Shown: one piece after another, positions 19,447 to 29,746 of the stretch
Position numbering within the stretch: the stretch's first letter is position 1
Layout of the letters: every line of letters starts with the position of its first letter
DNA from: a virus
IMG/VR virus record: IMGVR_UViG_3300035703_000016
Span: 94,435-158,434 of that record
Reading direction: 5' to 3' (one strand)
Length of the DNA: 64,000 nucleotides
The notes under the pieces: model-generated
What the model was told of the DNA's origin: nothing
What the model saw: the letters and a program-made list of their open reading frames with translations, nothing else
Database searches by the model: none
Made by a program: the position numbers and the translations under genes

Positions 19447-21285
19447 ATGTCGAATCAAATAAAAGATATAAAGTACATAAATAAAAACTTTGATTCATTC
19501 AAAGGAGAACTTATAGAATATGCAAAAGCATATTTTCCTCAAAGTTATACAGACTTTAGTCAACCAGGTCCAGGTTCAATGTTTATTGAAATGGCATCTT
19601 ATGTAGGAGACGTTTTATCTTTTTATCTTGATAATCAGATACAAGAGACTTTTATTCAATACGCAAAACAAGGAAATAATCTATATCCTCTAGCTTATAT
19701 GTTAGGGTATAGACCAAAAGTCGTATCAACCGCTTTAGTTAATTTAGATGTATATCAACAAATACCATCAAAACAAGTAGGACCTGATTATGTTCCAGAC
19801 TGGGATTACGCATTGAATATAGAACAGGGAATGCAAGTAAAATCTAATGTAAATTCTAATGTTTATTTTTATGTACCTCAAAGAATAAATTTTACATTGT
19901 CTTCTTCATTAGATCCAACTGAAATCTCAGTATATTCATTATCTGGAGCCAATCCAGCATCTTATTTATTGAAAAAAACAACACCTGCTATATCTGGTCA
20001 AATAAAAACTATTTCATTTACTTTTGGAGCAGCTGAAAGATTTAACACTGTAACTATTAATGACTCTAATATAGTATCTATTGTCTCTGCTGTTGATAGT
20101 TCAGGAAATAATTGGTATGAAGTTCCATATCTTGCTCAAGATTTTATACTTAGCGGTTCGGTAAATAATGGATCTGATAAAAGCATGGTACCTTATATTA
20201 TGCAAAAGGTAACGACTCCTAGAAGATTTACATCTAGATTTCAATCAAATGAAAGTCTAATGATAGAATTTGGAGCTGGGATAAATTCGAATAATGACAC
20301 TTCTTATATACCTAATCCAAATTCTGTAAGCGTTGGATTAACTGGAGGAGGACTAAGTCAAATTAATACTGCTTATGATCCTACAAACTTTGTAACTACT
20401 CAGACATATGGCCTTAGTCCTAAAAATACGACTATAACGATATCATATCTAGTTGCTGGAGGTTCTCAAGACAATGCATTAGCTAATCAATTAACTATTC
20501 CAGTGTCATTTGTTGCCACTGGCACTAATACTGCATATCAAAACACAATTGTTACTAATAACCCCAATGCTGCTTCTGGAGGAGGAGACGGCGACACCGC
20601 TTTAGAATTAAGAATGAATTCAATGGCAGAGTTTCCTACTCAATATAGAGCCGTAACTGAACAAGATTATCTTGCAAGAACTCTTAGTATGCCAGGACAA
20701 TGGGGAAAAGTATCTAAAGCCTATGTTACGAAAGACGATATAACTTTTTCAAATTATAATTCAAGTGATCCTGCTGATAGAGATCCAATCTTAATGAGCT
20801 TATATGTACTTGGTCTAGACTTTAACGGAAAATTAGCCGTTCCATCAATAAATCTAGTTGAAAACATAAAAACTTATCTTCAGAATTATAGAATGATGAC
20901 AGATTCTATAAAAATAAAACCCGCATATATTATAAACATAGGCGTAAATTATGATATTGTATTAAGACCTAATTATAATGGACAAGACGTATTAACAAGG
21001 ACTCTAATTGCAGTACAGGGATTTTTTAATATAGATAATTGGCAAATAAATCAACCAATTGTTTTATCAAATCTGTATACTATTATAGATTCTGTAGAGG
21101 GTGTTCAAACAGTAAAAAATATAGAAATAGTAAATCTATCAGGAGAAATTAATGGATATTCTAAGTATAGTTATGACATAAAAGGGGCTACAAATAATAA
21201 TGTAGTATATCCGTCTCTAGATCCATCAATATTTGAAGTAAAATATCCAAATATAGACATAAAAGGTAGAATTGTTCAATTATAA
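19447..21285 (+). CDS. Baseplate wedge protein, gp6/baseplate-J-like
   Basis: FDSFK..LIEYAKAYFP..YTDF..GSMFIEMASYVGDVLSFYLD; IEFGAG; RAVTEQDY. Confidence 0.85.
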   Translation: MSNQIKDIKYINKNFDSFKGELIEYAKAYFPQSYTDFSQPGPGSMFIEMASYVGDVLSFYLDNQIQETFIQYAKQGNNLYPLAYMLGYRPKVVSTALVNLDVYQQIPSKQVGPDYVPDWDYALNIEQGMQVKSNVNSNVYFYVPQRINFTLSSSLDPTEISVYSLSGANPASYLLKKTTPAISGQIKTISFTFGAAERFNTVTINDSNIVSIVSAVDSSGNNWYEVPYLAQDFILSGSVNNGSDKSMVPYIMQKVTTPRRFTSRFQSNESLMIEFGAGINSNNDTSYIPNPNSVSVGLTGGGLSQINTAYDPTNFVTTQTYGLSPKNTTITISYLVAGGSQDNALANQLTIPVSFVATGTNTAYQNTIVTNNPNAASGGGDGDTALELRMNSMAEFPTQYRAVTEQDYLARTLSMPGQWGKVSKAYVTKDDITFSNYNSSDPADRDPILMSLYVLGLDFNGKLAVPSINLVENIKTYLQNYRMMTDSIKIKPAYIINIGVNYDIVLRPNYNGQDVLTRTLIAVQGFFNIDNWQINQPIVLSNLYTIIDSVEGVQTVKNIEIVNLSGEINGYSKYSYDIKGATNNNVVYPSLDPSIFEVKYPNIDIKGRIVQL

Positions 21286-21295
21286 TTATTAAAAA

Positions 21296-22387
21296 ATGGC
21301 AGTATACAAAATATTCGCGTCTGCAGATTCTACTCTATACTCTGCATATCCTACCCAAAATAGCGGATTAGACGAAATTTTAGAAGTTGGATGCAAAAAC
21401 GGCCAACTTCCAGAAGTAGTATTACAATCTAATTCAGCAGATGATATTAGAAGATCTGTAGTTACTTTTTCTAATGAAGATATAGTAAAAGCTATAAATT
21501 TAGTTGAATCGACTGGATCCTATGAAGTAAATTTAAGACTTTATTTTGCTAATGCAGAAAATTTGAACACAACATACACTCTGTATGTGCATCCACTATC
21601 TCAAAGTTGGGATATGGGGACTGGAAAGTTTTTAGACACTCCTGAAATAAAAAATGGAGTATCTTGGAAAAATAAAACTCAGACTTTACCTTGGATAGAT
21701 CCTACAAGTTACTTTAATACTGTTGGAGGAGGTACATGGAATAATTCTATTTCTTTATCTCAATCATTTAATTATAAAGATTCAAAAGATTTAAACATAG
21801 GAAATTTATCTTCAATTGTTAATAGTTGGCATGACGACTTAAGTACTAACTATGGACTTATAGTAAAAATGTCATCTTCTATTGAACAAAATACTGGAAG
21901 TTATATAAATTTAAATTTTTTTAGTGTAGATACTCATACTATATATCCTCCAACATTAGAATTTAAATGGGACGATAGTTCTTATTCTACTGGAAGTTTA
22001 TCAATTGTTTCTAATAATAATGCAATAATTACATTAGGAAATAATCCAAATGTATTTAAGGATGACACTTCTAAATATATTTTTACTGTAAACGCAAGAG
22101 ATAAATACCCTGCTAGAGCTTTTACAACATCTTCAATCTATACAGTAAATAAAGCTCTCCCAAGTTCATCATATTGGGCACTTCAAGATGTAAAAACAGA
22201 AGAATTAGTCATAGATTTTGATACTAATTACACTAAAATAAGTTGTAATGAAAATGGATCATATTTTCCTATTTATATAAATGGATTAGAGCCAGAAAGG
22301 TATTATAAAGTACTAATAAGAGTAGATTTACCAACTGGAGAAAGCATAGACATCGATGGAAATAATACTTTTAAAATTATAAGATAA
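21296..22387 (+). CDS. Virion structural protein (DNRLRE-like beta domain)
   Basis: DSTLYS..P..NSGLDEILE; SWDMGTG; FFSVDTHTIYPPTLE. Confidence 0.6.
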   Translation: MAVYKIFASADSTLYSAYPTQNSGLDEILEVGCKNGQLPEVVLQSNSADDIRRSVVTFSNEDIVKAINLVESTGSYEVNLRLYFANAENLNTTYTLYVHPLSQSWDMGTGKFLDTPEIKNGVSWKNKTQTLPWIDPTSYFNTVGGGTWNNSISLSQSFNYKDSKDLNIGNLSSIVNSWHDDLSTNYGLIVKMSSSIEQNTGSYINLNFFSVDTHTIYPPTLEFKWDDSSYSTGSLSIVSNNNAIITLGNNPNVFKDDTSKYIFTVNARDKYPARAFTTSSIYTVNKALPSSSYWALQDVKTEELVIDFDTNYTKISCNENGSYFPIYINGLEPERYYKVLIRVDLPTGESIDIDGNNTFKIIR

Positions 22388-22388
22388 A

Positions 22389-22730
22389 ATGTCTGAAAAT
22401 ATAACGCTAATAAAAGAAGTTAGAGGACTTAATACTTATAAAAAAGTAGTAGATACTAGCTTTACTGAACTAGTTACACCAGTTCAAGAAATTTCAGCCC
22501 CTATAGTTACTGTTAGCGATTTTTTTAACTACTATGATCAACTATTTTTTGATATTCCTGCTACTGGAGTAACAAATTCTCATACGTACTTAATAGAAAA
22601 AAGTCAACAGTACGTAGGAGATGGCATAATTGATCAAGAAAAACAGGCTCTAATAGAAGAAATAAATTCATTAAGAGAGCAATTAAATGATTTAAGCTCA
22701 ACTTATCTTAACATCTCACAATTAACATAA
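22389..22730 (+). CDS. Hypothetical structural protein
   Basis: ORF in operon. Confidence 0.55.
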   Translation: MSENITLIKEVRGLNTYKKVVDTSFTELVTPVQEISAPIVTVSDFFNYYDQLFFDIPATGVTNSHTYLIEKSQQYVGDGIIDQEKQALIEEINSLREQLNDLSSTYLNISQLT

Positions 22731-25700
22731 TGACAGAGATAGTAAATATATCATATGTAGGGTCTGGAATAGAAACTCAGACTTATACAGAAAAAGACAA
22801 TTCTCTCATAACAAATAGTTTTATCTATACGCAATTTGGAGATCCAAAGGATAGCATAGAGTATTTTATTTATGACGGAACGGGAAATTTAATAGATAAA
22901 GTTTATAATTCAACGAGTTATAAACCAAATTCTTCTGTAAATTCATCTACAGATCTGTATGGGTCTATCATTTTAGACCCTAAATCGGATTTACTATCTA
23001 GAGGATTTAATAGAGGAACTTTAGACATTCAATATAATTTTCTTAGAAATCTTTTTAATTCTTCTTACGGGAAGTTTTATTGGATTAAAGAAATATCTCC
23101 CAGTAGAACAGAAATTAGATTAGCTTCTCAGAATATAAGCAATATCGATATTTTATCTGGATTTAATCAATATCAATCATATATAGCTAGTTTAAATTAC
23201 TATAATGATTTTTATCTTAATTTTGGAGATAATAAACATATAATAGCTGTCAACGTAGCGTATACAGAAGACGAATCTGGCGCTTATTTATTAATTAAGC
23301 TATATGAACCATTACCAAGTGATTTCGATGTCAAGGATCAGCTCTGGATATCAGAAAAGATAGCTGAATCTAGTAGATATACAGTAGATATTCAAATAGA
23401 AGCCTCTAATATAGTAGAACAAAATGTATTAAGAGGACCAAATTATAATATTAATTTAAATCAACAAATATCTCAAACAACTCCTTATTACTCTTATTCT
23501 GGATTAACCTCTACTTCTGTATCAAGCTCATTTCAAAAAATGATGAGTTATTATCAAGACAGAGCAATGGAAATAAATGTTGATTATTCTGACTTTTCAA
23601 ATTTTATACATTTTTCTAGCGTAAATTCTAGAATACAAAACTTTTATTCTAAAGTTTCTAATATAGAAAATTATAATAATATAATTATAAGTCAAAGTAG
23701 TATATTAGATACATCTGGAGTAGTTAGTAGTTCTATAGTTGGGTTAAGAAATGATATTAATTCAATTATAACTAATTTTGATCCGTATGAGTATTATTTA
23801 TACTTTGGTTCAGGTTCATATACTTGGCCAAAAAGTAACGCTGTTCAGCCATATTCTCTATACTCTGTTACATCTTCTGTTGCGATAAATTGGATGAATT
23901 CATCTCTCCAATCAGCATCTCTATTTGATAATACAAATAAAGATTTATTAACTAATATTATACCTCAATATATTTTAGATGATGAATCTAATGCTCCATA
24001 CGTTAGTTTTGTAAACATGATAGGGCAGCATTTTGATAATATTTGGATATATTATAAAGATGTTACTAATAGATTTCAAGCTACTAATAATCCATCTACT
24101 GGAATTTCATTAGACTTAGTAGCTGACGCTCTTATAGGACTTGGAAGTACGTTATACACTAATTCTAATTTATCAGATAATCTATATTATAGTCTTTTTG
24201 GAATAAATGAAGACGGATCTTTATTACCTCCTACTGGGTCGGAAAAAAATATAACATATATAACTTCAAGTTTAGAAACTCTAAGTCCAAAAACTATTCA
24301 AAGTGAGATATATAAAAGAATTTATCATAATATTCCCTATTTATATAAAACAAAGGGGACTAGAAATTGTATAGATGCCATAGTTAATATTTTTGGGATT
24401 CCTAAATCTATACTGACCATTGACGAATTTGGGGGATATGAAAGAGATTTATATACTGGTCTAGATTCTGCATATAATACTAAAATAACAGGATCTACGG
24501 CTGTAGACGAAGTTAGTGGATCTACTCTAAATCCTAATGTGACTATTCAATATTACAATAATACAGATAGAATTAATTCTAATAATTTAGAATTTGGATT
24601 TTCTCCTGCTAACTCTATAAATAATTTTATATCTTCATCTAGAGGATTTATAAATATTGATCAGTTAATAGGAGATCCATCATACCAATACTCATCTTCT
24701 TATTTAGGATTACAAGAGTACCAGAATTCGTTTTTTACTGGGTCTCAGGTTCATGACATATATGAATACATTAGACTTTTAAAATACTTTGATAATTCTT
24801 TATTTAAAATGATAAAGGATTACGTTCCAGCAAGATCGAATTTATCAAATGGATTAATAGTAAAATCTCACGTTTTAGAGAGAAATAGATATGAAAGACA
24901 TGAGCCAATTGTAGAAAATGACTTTAATTATTCTCAATCTCTAGAGACTTCTGTAATTTCTGCTACTGATGCTCCAGTCTTATTATTTCCTACATCTTAT
25001 ACGACTGAAACTCAATATACAGTAGTTAGTCCATACATAGCAACAGGATCAAATAATACATATGGACCGGTTAGAATTAATAATAATTATTCTTGGGAAA
25101 AATACACCGGTGAATTTGGAGGATCTAAAATAGATGCGGCATACGGTGAATTTAGTCAATTAGAAAGATCGTCTATTACAAGTCCATGGACATCTTCTGT
25201 AGCGTCTACACAATCAATATTCACATTTTATAATAATGGAGCCTTTATTAATAATGTTATTAACTCTCAAGAATCATCTAAATTTATAAATGCGGAATAT
25301 AGTTATGGAATTGATTCTCCAATAAACTTTGCTAGTATAGTTTCTCAATCATCTTGTGAAAATTGTCACAGAATAGATTGTTTAACATATCAATTATATA
25401 ATGGAGATACTTCACCTTCTCTATATAGCTATATTGACTGTAACAACTTATATTATGATAGTTCTTCTATAAATCCAACTTCAAGTGTTTATATATGCGT
25501 TAAACCTGGAACTTTATTAACTTCATCATTTATTACGTCTAGTATTTTAGGAAATTGTGGAGCTCTAAGAGTAGATACTCCATATGGTTCTTGCTATAAA
25601 ACAACGATAACTAATTTTAATACATCAGATAGTTTAGATATAAATTGGACTAATTGTAATGGATCTACTGGATCAGCAACAATCCCAGCTGGAGCCGGAG

Positions 25701-27961
25701 TAGAGTCAGCTCAACAGTGCGTTAGAAGAGGGTCTATGCAAATATCAAGACTTGCAATATCTCCAACATATAGCGTATCTGAGTATAATGAATGCGGAGT
25801 ATTTTCAAACAGCCCTTCATGTTATTCTTTTACTGGTTCTTGGAGTGCAACTGGAGGTGGGGAAACTGGGTCATATAAAGACTGTTATACGGGAGAGACT
25901 ATATTTCAAATATTTCCTGACGGAGGTCCAACAACTGTTAGAGTATCATGTGCACAGACTGGGAGTTTTAGAGTATTTACAAATAACGGATCAACTATAG
26001 TGTCATCTCTATCAAATGTGATTTTATGTGCGAATCCTGGAGAAATTATCCCAGATCCTGAAAATTCAAGATGTATAAAACTAGATGCAGTTTCTGTTGG
26101 AGTTGGGTATTATACATTAGGATATGATAAATGTAATGGAGAATCGGTATTACTTTCTGGAAGTTCTATTGGAGAATCATTAGTATTAAATGATTGCGTA
26201 AGACTAAATTCTATAGTATCTTCTAATGTAGTTGCAATAATAACAGGGTCATATTGCGGATACTATTCTAAAGAAAAAGAGTATACTGGGTCTTTAGACT
26301 ATGCTGAAATTCAAGATTATAACTATAATAGAACAAGTGCTGTACATTCTAAATATGCTGGAGCAAAGTACTCAAATCAAGACACTAGTCAAGATTGGAA
26401 ATTTGGAGCTTCTTACAATCCAAGAGATTACTACGTAGATTATACAGGACTATTCACTGAAATTCAATCTAGTTCATACGATCCTTCTCAAATGATAGTT
26501 AAATTGCCATATCTTGCAAATATATCAGGAGGAATTCAAGAATTAAATTTACAAAATGAAAATTTAGTATACTTTCAGAGCATTTATAAGCCTGGAACAA
26601 ACGTTACGTTAAAACAATTTAATTCGACTCAATACTCTAATCAAAAATATTTAGATAAATCATTTAAGATAGTAGAAAGCGGATTTTCTTATAGACCATA
26701 TTTTTATAGAAAAATGGGACAACAGTATGAATGTTATGATTTATCTATAGGAGGAGATTCATTCTTGAGTGGATCAAAAGCTCTAAGAGAGACAAGTATA
26801 AAAAGCGGCGTTGAGAATGATATCGTCAATTCAATTTTTTATCCGGATCCTTTTGGTCTTGCACGATCATTCTCAACTATTCCTTCAGGATCTTCATTAT
26901 CTGGAAGTTGGAATTGGTATAATACTAGTTTAGATATTGGAGCTTCGACATCTAGTAGTTTAGCTACAAATATAATAAGTGATCCTAATAATCTACTTAC
27001 CGCATATTCTAGTGGAAGTGGAGATTTATCGGGATCATTTTATACTGTTCCATTTGACGGAGTTTATAGTATTACTGCTGGGTTTCCATGGAATATGAGA
27101 ATAGTGGAAGTCCCAACACTAACTGCAAATTTTAGAGTAAAAGTAGAAATATTAAGAAATGCTACTACTTCTTCCGGATTTTTAGAAGGAGAAATATTGG
27201 CAACTAAGACAGATACTGTCTCAAGCGGAGATGCTGGGGTTGTATATGGCGGATTTACTACGGCCCAAATACTAAACACCCCATTACAATTTGGACAAAC
27301 GATCTGGACTAAAGTATCTATACAGGCTGGGTTTAATGATGTTCAAGTTTTTGGAATGGGAGCTTATTTTGAAGCAGAGAGTTCTAAGTTTAATGGCTCA
27401 TATTGTATTAATCCAAGTTCTGCTATTAATAAATTATTTGATACTTCTAGTTTTTTACCTGGAAATAATGTACTTACTATTAGTGAAAATATGAATCCAT
27501 TTTTTTTAGAAAATGTAACATTCATTCCATCATATACATCCGGATCTATTACTGAGTCTCCGTTATATGAAACTTTTGGCGAAGTAGACTATGGAACTAA
27601 AATAGAAGAAGGAGACTATTTATATCTATATTACAGCGGAATTAGCGTAGGATATTCAGTAGGTGGAATGTCAACTCCTATATTAAGTAGAATAACTTCT
27701 ATTACTACTGGAAGCGTAACTAGTAGTTTTACAGTATATCCAAATTTACCTAGTTATATAACTAATGGAAATTTAAACTCGTATGATAAATTAGTATTTA
27801 CAAAAAGAATTCCAGACGAAACTACAATTACTCTTAGAGGAAAAAAGAATGCTGGAAAAACATCTTATGGATTTGCAATACCTCAAGATATAAATCCAGA
27901 GATTCTAAAAAATGCAAATACTCTTCAATCAACTATACAATCTCAAATATTAAACTATTAA
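22730..27961 (+). CDS. Large baseplate/tail protein (1743 aa) with four inserted 4-Cys modules
   Basis: YLYKTKGT...IFGIP (tail-P2-I/gp7-like motif); EISPSRTEIRL; Cys-module array at 25379-26257. Confidence 0.65.
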   Translation: MTEIVNISYVGSGIETQTYTEKDNSLITNSFIYTQFGDPKDSIEYFIYDGTGNLIDKVYNSTSYKPNSSVNSSTDLYGSIILDPKSDLLSRGFNRGTLDIQYNFLRNLFNSSYGKFYWIKEISPSRTEIRLASQNISNIDILSGFNQYQSYIASLNYYNDFYLNFGDNKHIIAVNVAYTEDESGAYLLIKLYEPLPSDFDVKDQLWISEKIAESSRYTVDIQIEASNIVEQNVLRGPNYNINLNQQISQTTPYYSYSGLTSTSVSSSFQKMMSYYQDRAMEINVDYSDFSNFIHFSSVNSRIQNFYSKVSNIENYNNIIISQSSILDTSGVVSSSIVGLRNDINSIITNFDPYEYYLYFGSGSYTWPKSNAVQPYSLYSVTSSVAINWMNSSLQSASLFDNTNKDLLTNIIPQYILDDESNAPYVSFVNMIGQHFDNIWIYYKDVTNRFQATNNPSTGISLDLVADALIGLGSTLYTNSNLSDNLYYSLFGINEDGSLLPPTGSEKNITYITSSLETLSPKTIQSEIYKRIYHNIPYLYKTKGTRNCIDAIVNIFGIPKSILTIDEFGGYERDLYTGLDSAYNTKITGSTAVDEVSGSTLNPNVTIQYYNNTDRINSNNLEFGFSPANSINNFISSSRGFINIDQLIGDPSYQYSSSYLGLQEYQNSFFTGSQVHDIYEYIRLLKYFDNSLFKMIKDYVPARSNLSNGLIVKSHVLERNRYERHEPIVENDFNYSQSLETSVISATDAPVLLFPTSYTTETQYTVVSPYIATGSNNTYGPVRINNNYSWEKYTGEFGGSKIDAAYGEFSQLERSSITSPWTSSVASTQSIFTFYNNGAFINNVINSQESSKFINAEYSYGIDSPINFASIVSQSSCENCHRIDCLTYQLYNGDTSPSLYSYIDCNNLYYDSSSINPTSSVYICVKPGTLLTSSFITSSILGNCGALRVDTPYGSCYKTTITNFNTSDSLDINWTNCNGSTGSATIPAGAGVESAQQCVRRGSMQISRLAISPTYSVSEYNECGVFSNSPSCYSFTGSWSATGGGETGSYKDCYTGETIFQIFPDGGPTTVRVSCAQTGSFRVFTNNGSTIVSSLSNVILCANPGEIIPDPENSRCIKLDAVSVGVGYYTLGYDKCNGESVLLSGSSIGESLVLNDCVRLNSIVSSNVVAIITGSYCGYYSKEKEYTGSLDYAEIQDYNYNRTSAVHSKYAGAKYSNQDTSQDWKFGASYNPRDYYVDYTGLFTEIQSSSYDPSQMIVKLPYLANISGGIQELNLQNENLVYFQSIYKPGTNVTLKQFNSTQYSNQKYLDKSFKIVESGFSYRPYFYRKMGQQYECYDLSIGGDSFLSGSKALRETSIKSGVENDIVNSIFYPDPFGLARSFSTIPSGSSLSGSWNWYNTSLDIGASTSSSLATNIISDPNNLLTAYSSGSGDLSGSFYTVPFDGVYSITAGFPWNMRIVEVPTLTANFRVKVEILRNATTSSGFLEGEILATKTDTVSSGDAGVVYGGFTTAQILNTPLQFGQTIWTKVSIQAGFNDVQVFGMGAYFEAESSKFNGSYCINPSSAINKLFDTSSFLPGNNVLTISENMNPFFLENVTFIPSYTSGSITESPLYETFGEVDYGTKIEEGDYLYLYYSGISVGYSVGGMSTPILSRITSITTGSVTSSFTVYPNLPSYITNGNLNSYDKLVFTKRIPDETTITLRGKKNAGKTSYGFAIPQDINPEILKNANTLQSTIQSQILNY

Positions 27962-27998
27962 TTTAGATATTTATAAACATAAACAAGATAATTAAAAA

Positions 27999-28658
27999 AT
28001 GGCTTATTTAAATGGCACATCGGTGGTAATTGACGCCATCTTAACAAAAAAAGGAAGAGAATTACTCGCTAGAAATGATGGTTCTTTTAGAATAACGCAG
28101 TTTAGTTTAGCTGATGATGAGATAGACTATAGTCTTTATAATCCCTATCATCCATCAGGAAGTGCATTTTATGGAGAAGCAATTCAGTCAATGCCAATTA
28201 TACAAGCATATCCTGAAGATCAAGAAATAATGAAATATAAATTGATTACTTTACCGAGAGGAACCGGAGCAATTCCAGTAATAAGTTCAATTCCAACAAG
28301 TATTTCTCTTGTAATAGGCTCTCCATTATCAATTTCTCCTTCTACAGCAAATTACAATGGATCTAGTACATTTTTTGAAACTTCCGGATATCAATTTACT
28401 ATAGGGGACGTAAGAACAATGTCAAATTTTACAGCAATAGGTATAAATACTCAAGACGCAGTTGCTCTAAATACAAGTACTACAATAGGTACAAATGTAT
28501 CTAAAACTGTAATAGGAACTACTCTTAATTTATCCGCAACAACTATTAGATCTCTATTTGGATCTAGTACATCTTCTACTCTATCCACAGTCTTAACTAT
28601 TGTAGGAAGAGACTCAGGAGCAAGAATTACAATACCAGTTACAATTACTCAAAGCTAA
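27999..28658 (+). CDS. Virion structural protein
   Basis: VIDAILTKKGRELLA...ITQFSLADDEIDY; TATTTATA upstream. Confidence 0.65.
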   Translation: MAYLNGTSVVIDAILTKKGRELLARNDGSFRITQFSLADDEIDYSLYNPYHPSGSAFYGEAIQSMPIIQAYPEDQEIMKYKLITLPRGTGAIPVISSIPTSISLVIGSPLSISPSTANYNGSSTFFETSGYQFTIGDVRTMSNFTAIGINTQDAVALNTSTTIGTNVSKTVIGTTLNLSATTIRSLFGSSTSSTLSTVLTIVGRDSGARITIPVTITQS

Positions 28659-28672
28659 TAAAAAATATATAA

Positions 28673-29731
28673 ATGTCATTTACAACACTAGACGCTTCAG
28701 ATTTCGTAATAAGTTCAGATTCAGTCGTAGCTCCAGCTTGGAGTACTGGAAATCCTACTTTAACAGGAGCTAACATGATAACAGCCTCTACTATATCCCC
28801 GGCGCCTGAATTTTATATAAATGTTTATGATACAGCTCTAACTGGATCAACAGCCGAAATACAATTTTCTATCGCATATGGTAATGCTTTAGGATCTGGT
28901 TCATCTTTATATAATGATTTAGTTCCAGGACTTAGTCCTTCAAGAACTACATACGGACAGTATAGAAATCTTGTATACGCAGATGAAACAAAGCTATTTA
29001 ATTTTGGAACAGGAAATACTTCTTCTCCAGATATTATAGCTATTAATATAGATAGAAATAGATACAAAGAGAGCTTATTTCCGGGGACATTAAAATTAGT
29101 TTTATCTTCTGGAAGTAATGCAATAACTATTACAGATGACAGTGTCTACACAACTAATAATAATCTTACTGTTAATTTTGGAGATTGCGGAAGAATATTT
29201 AATTTAATATCTGGATCTTACGGATTACCAACATCTACAACAATAGGATCTTCAGCCGCTGGATATACTCCATCAGGATCTTATGGATTTTTCTTACCTG
29301 ATATAGGCACTATAATATTAAATCCAAGAGCGTTAGCTCTACCTGCTGCTTCAGGAGGAATAGGGATGGTAATAGATACATCTTCATACGCTCAAGGCAC
29401 TTTAGCTTCATCAACAAATAATAATGAAATATTTAAAGTTGTAAAAAATGGACAATGCTTTCAATTAAATTCTCAAGAGACTGTATCTGCTAATTATGTA
29501 TTTGTAAGAGTAAAAAATGGAGACTATAATTACAGTAATAACCCTTCATTTTTATCTGGATCTAGCGGACAATTAATATATCCTAGTCTTGTAAATAATC
29601 CACAAACATTTCCAACAACAGTGGGACTTTATAATAATAATGGCGATTTACTAGCTGTTGCTAAGATGAGTAGACCTATGTTAAAAGACTTCACTAGAGA
29701 ATCTTTGCTAAGAATAAAAATTGATTGGTAA
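28673..29731 (+). CDS. Virion structural (baseplate/tail) protein
   Basis: C-terminal NYSNNPS...TTVGLYN...LLAVAK.SRP motif. Confidence 0.65.
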   Translation: MSFTTLDASDFVISSDSVVAPAWSTGNPTLTGANMITASTISPAPEFYINVYDTALTGSTAEIQFSIAYGNALGSGSSLYNDLVPGLSPSRTTYGQYRNLVYADETKLFNFGTGNTSSPDIIAINIDRNRYKESLFPGTLKLVLSSGSNAITITDDSVYTTNNNLTVNFGDCGRIFNLISGSYGLPTSTTIGSSAAGYTPSGSYGFFLPDIGTIILNPRALALPAASGGIGMVIDTSSYAQGTLASSTNNNEIFKVVKNGQCFQLNSQETVSANYVFVRVKNGDYNYSNNPSFLSGSSGQLIYPSLVNNPQTFPTTVGLYNNNGDLLAVAKMSRPMLKDFTRESLLRIKIDW

Positions 29732-29746
29732 AAATAAAATATTTAC

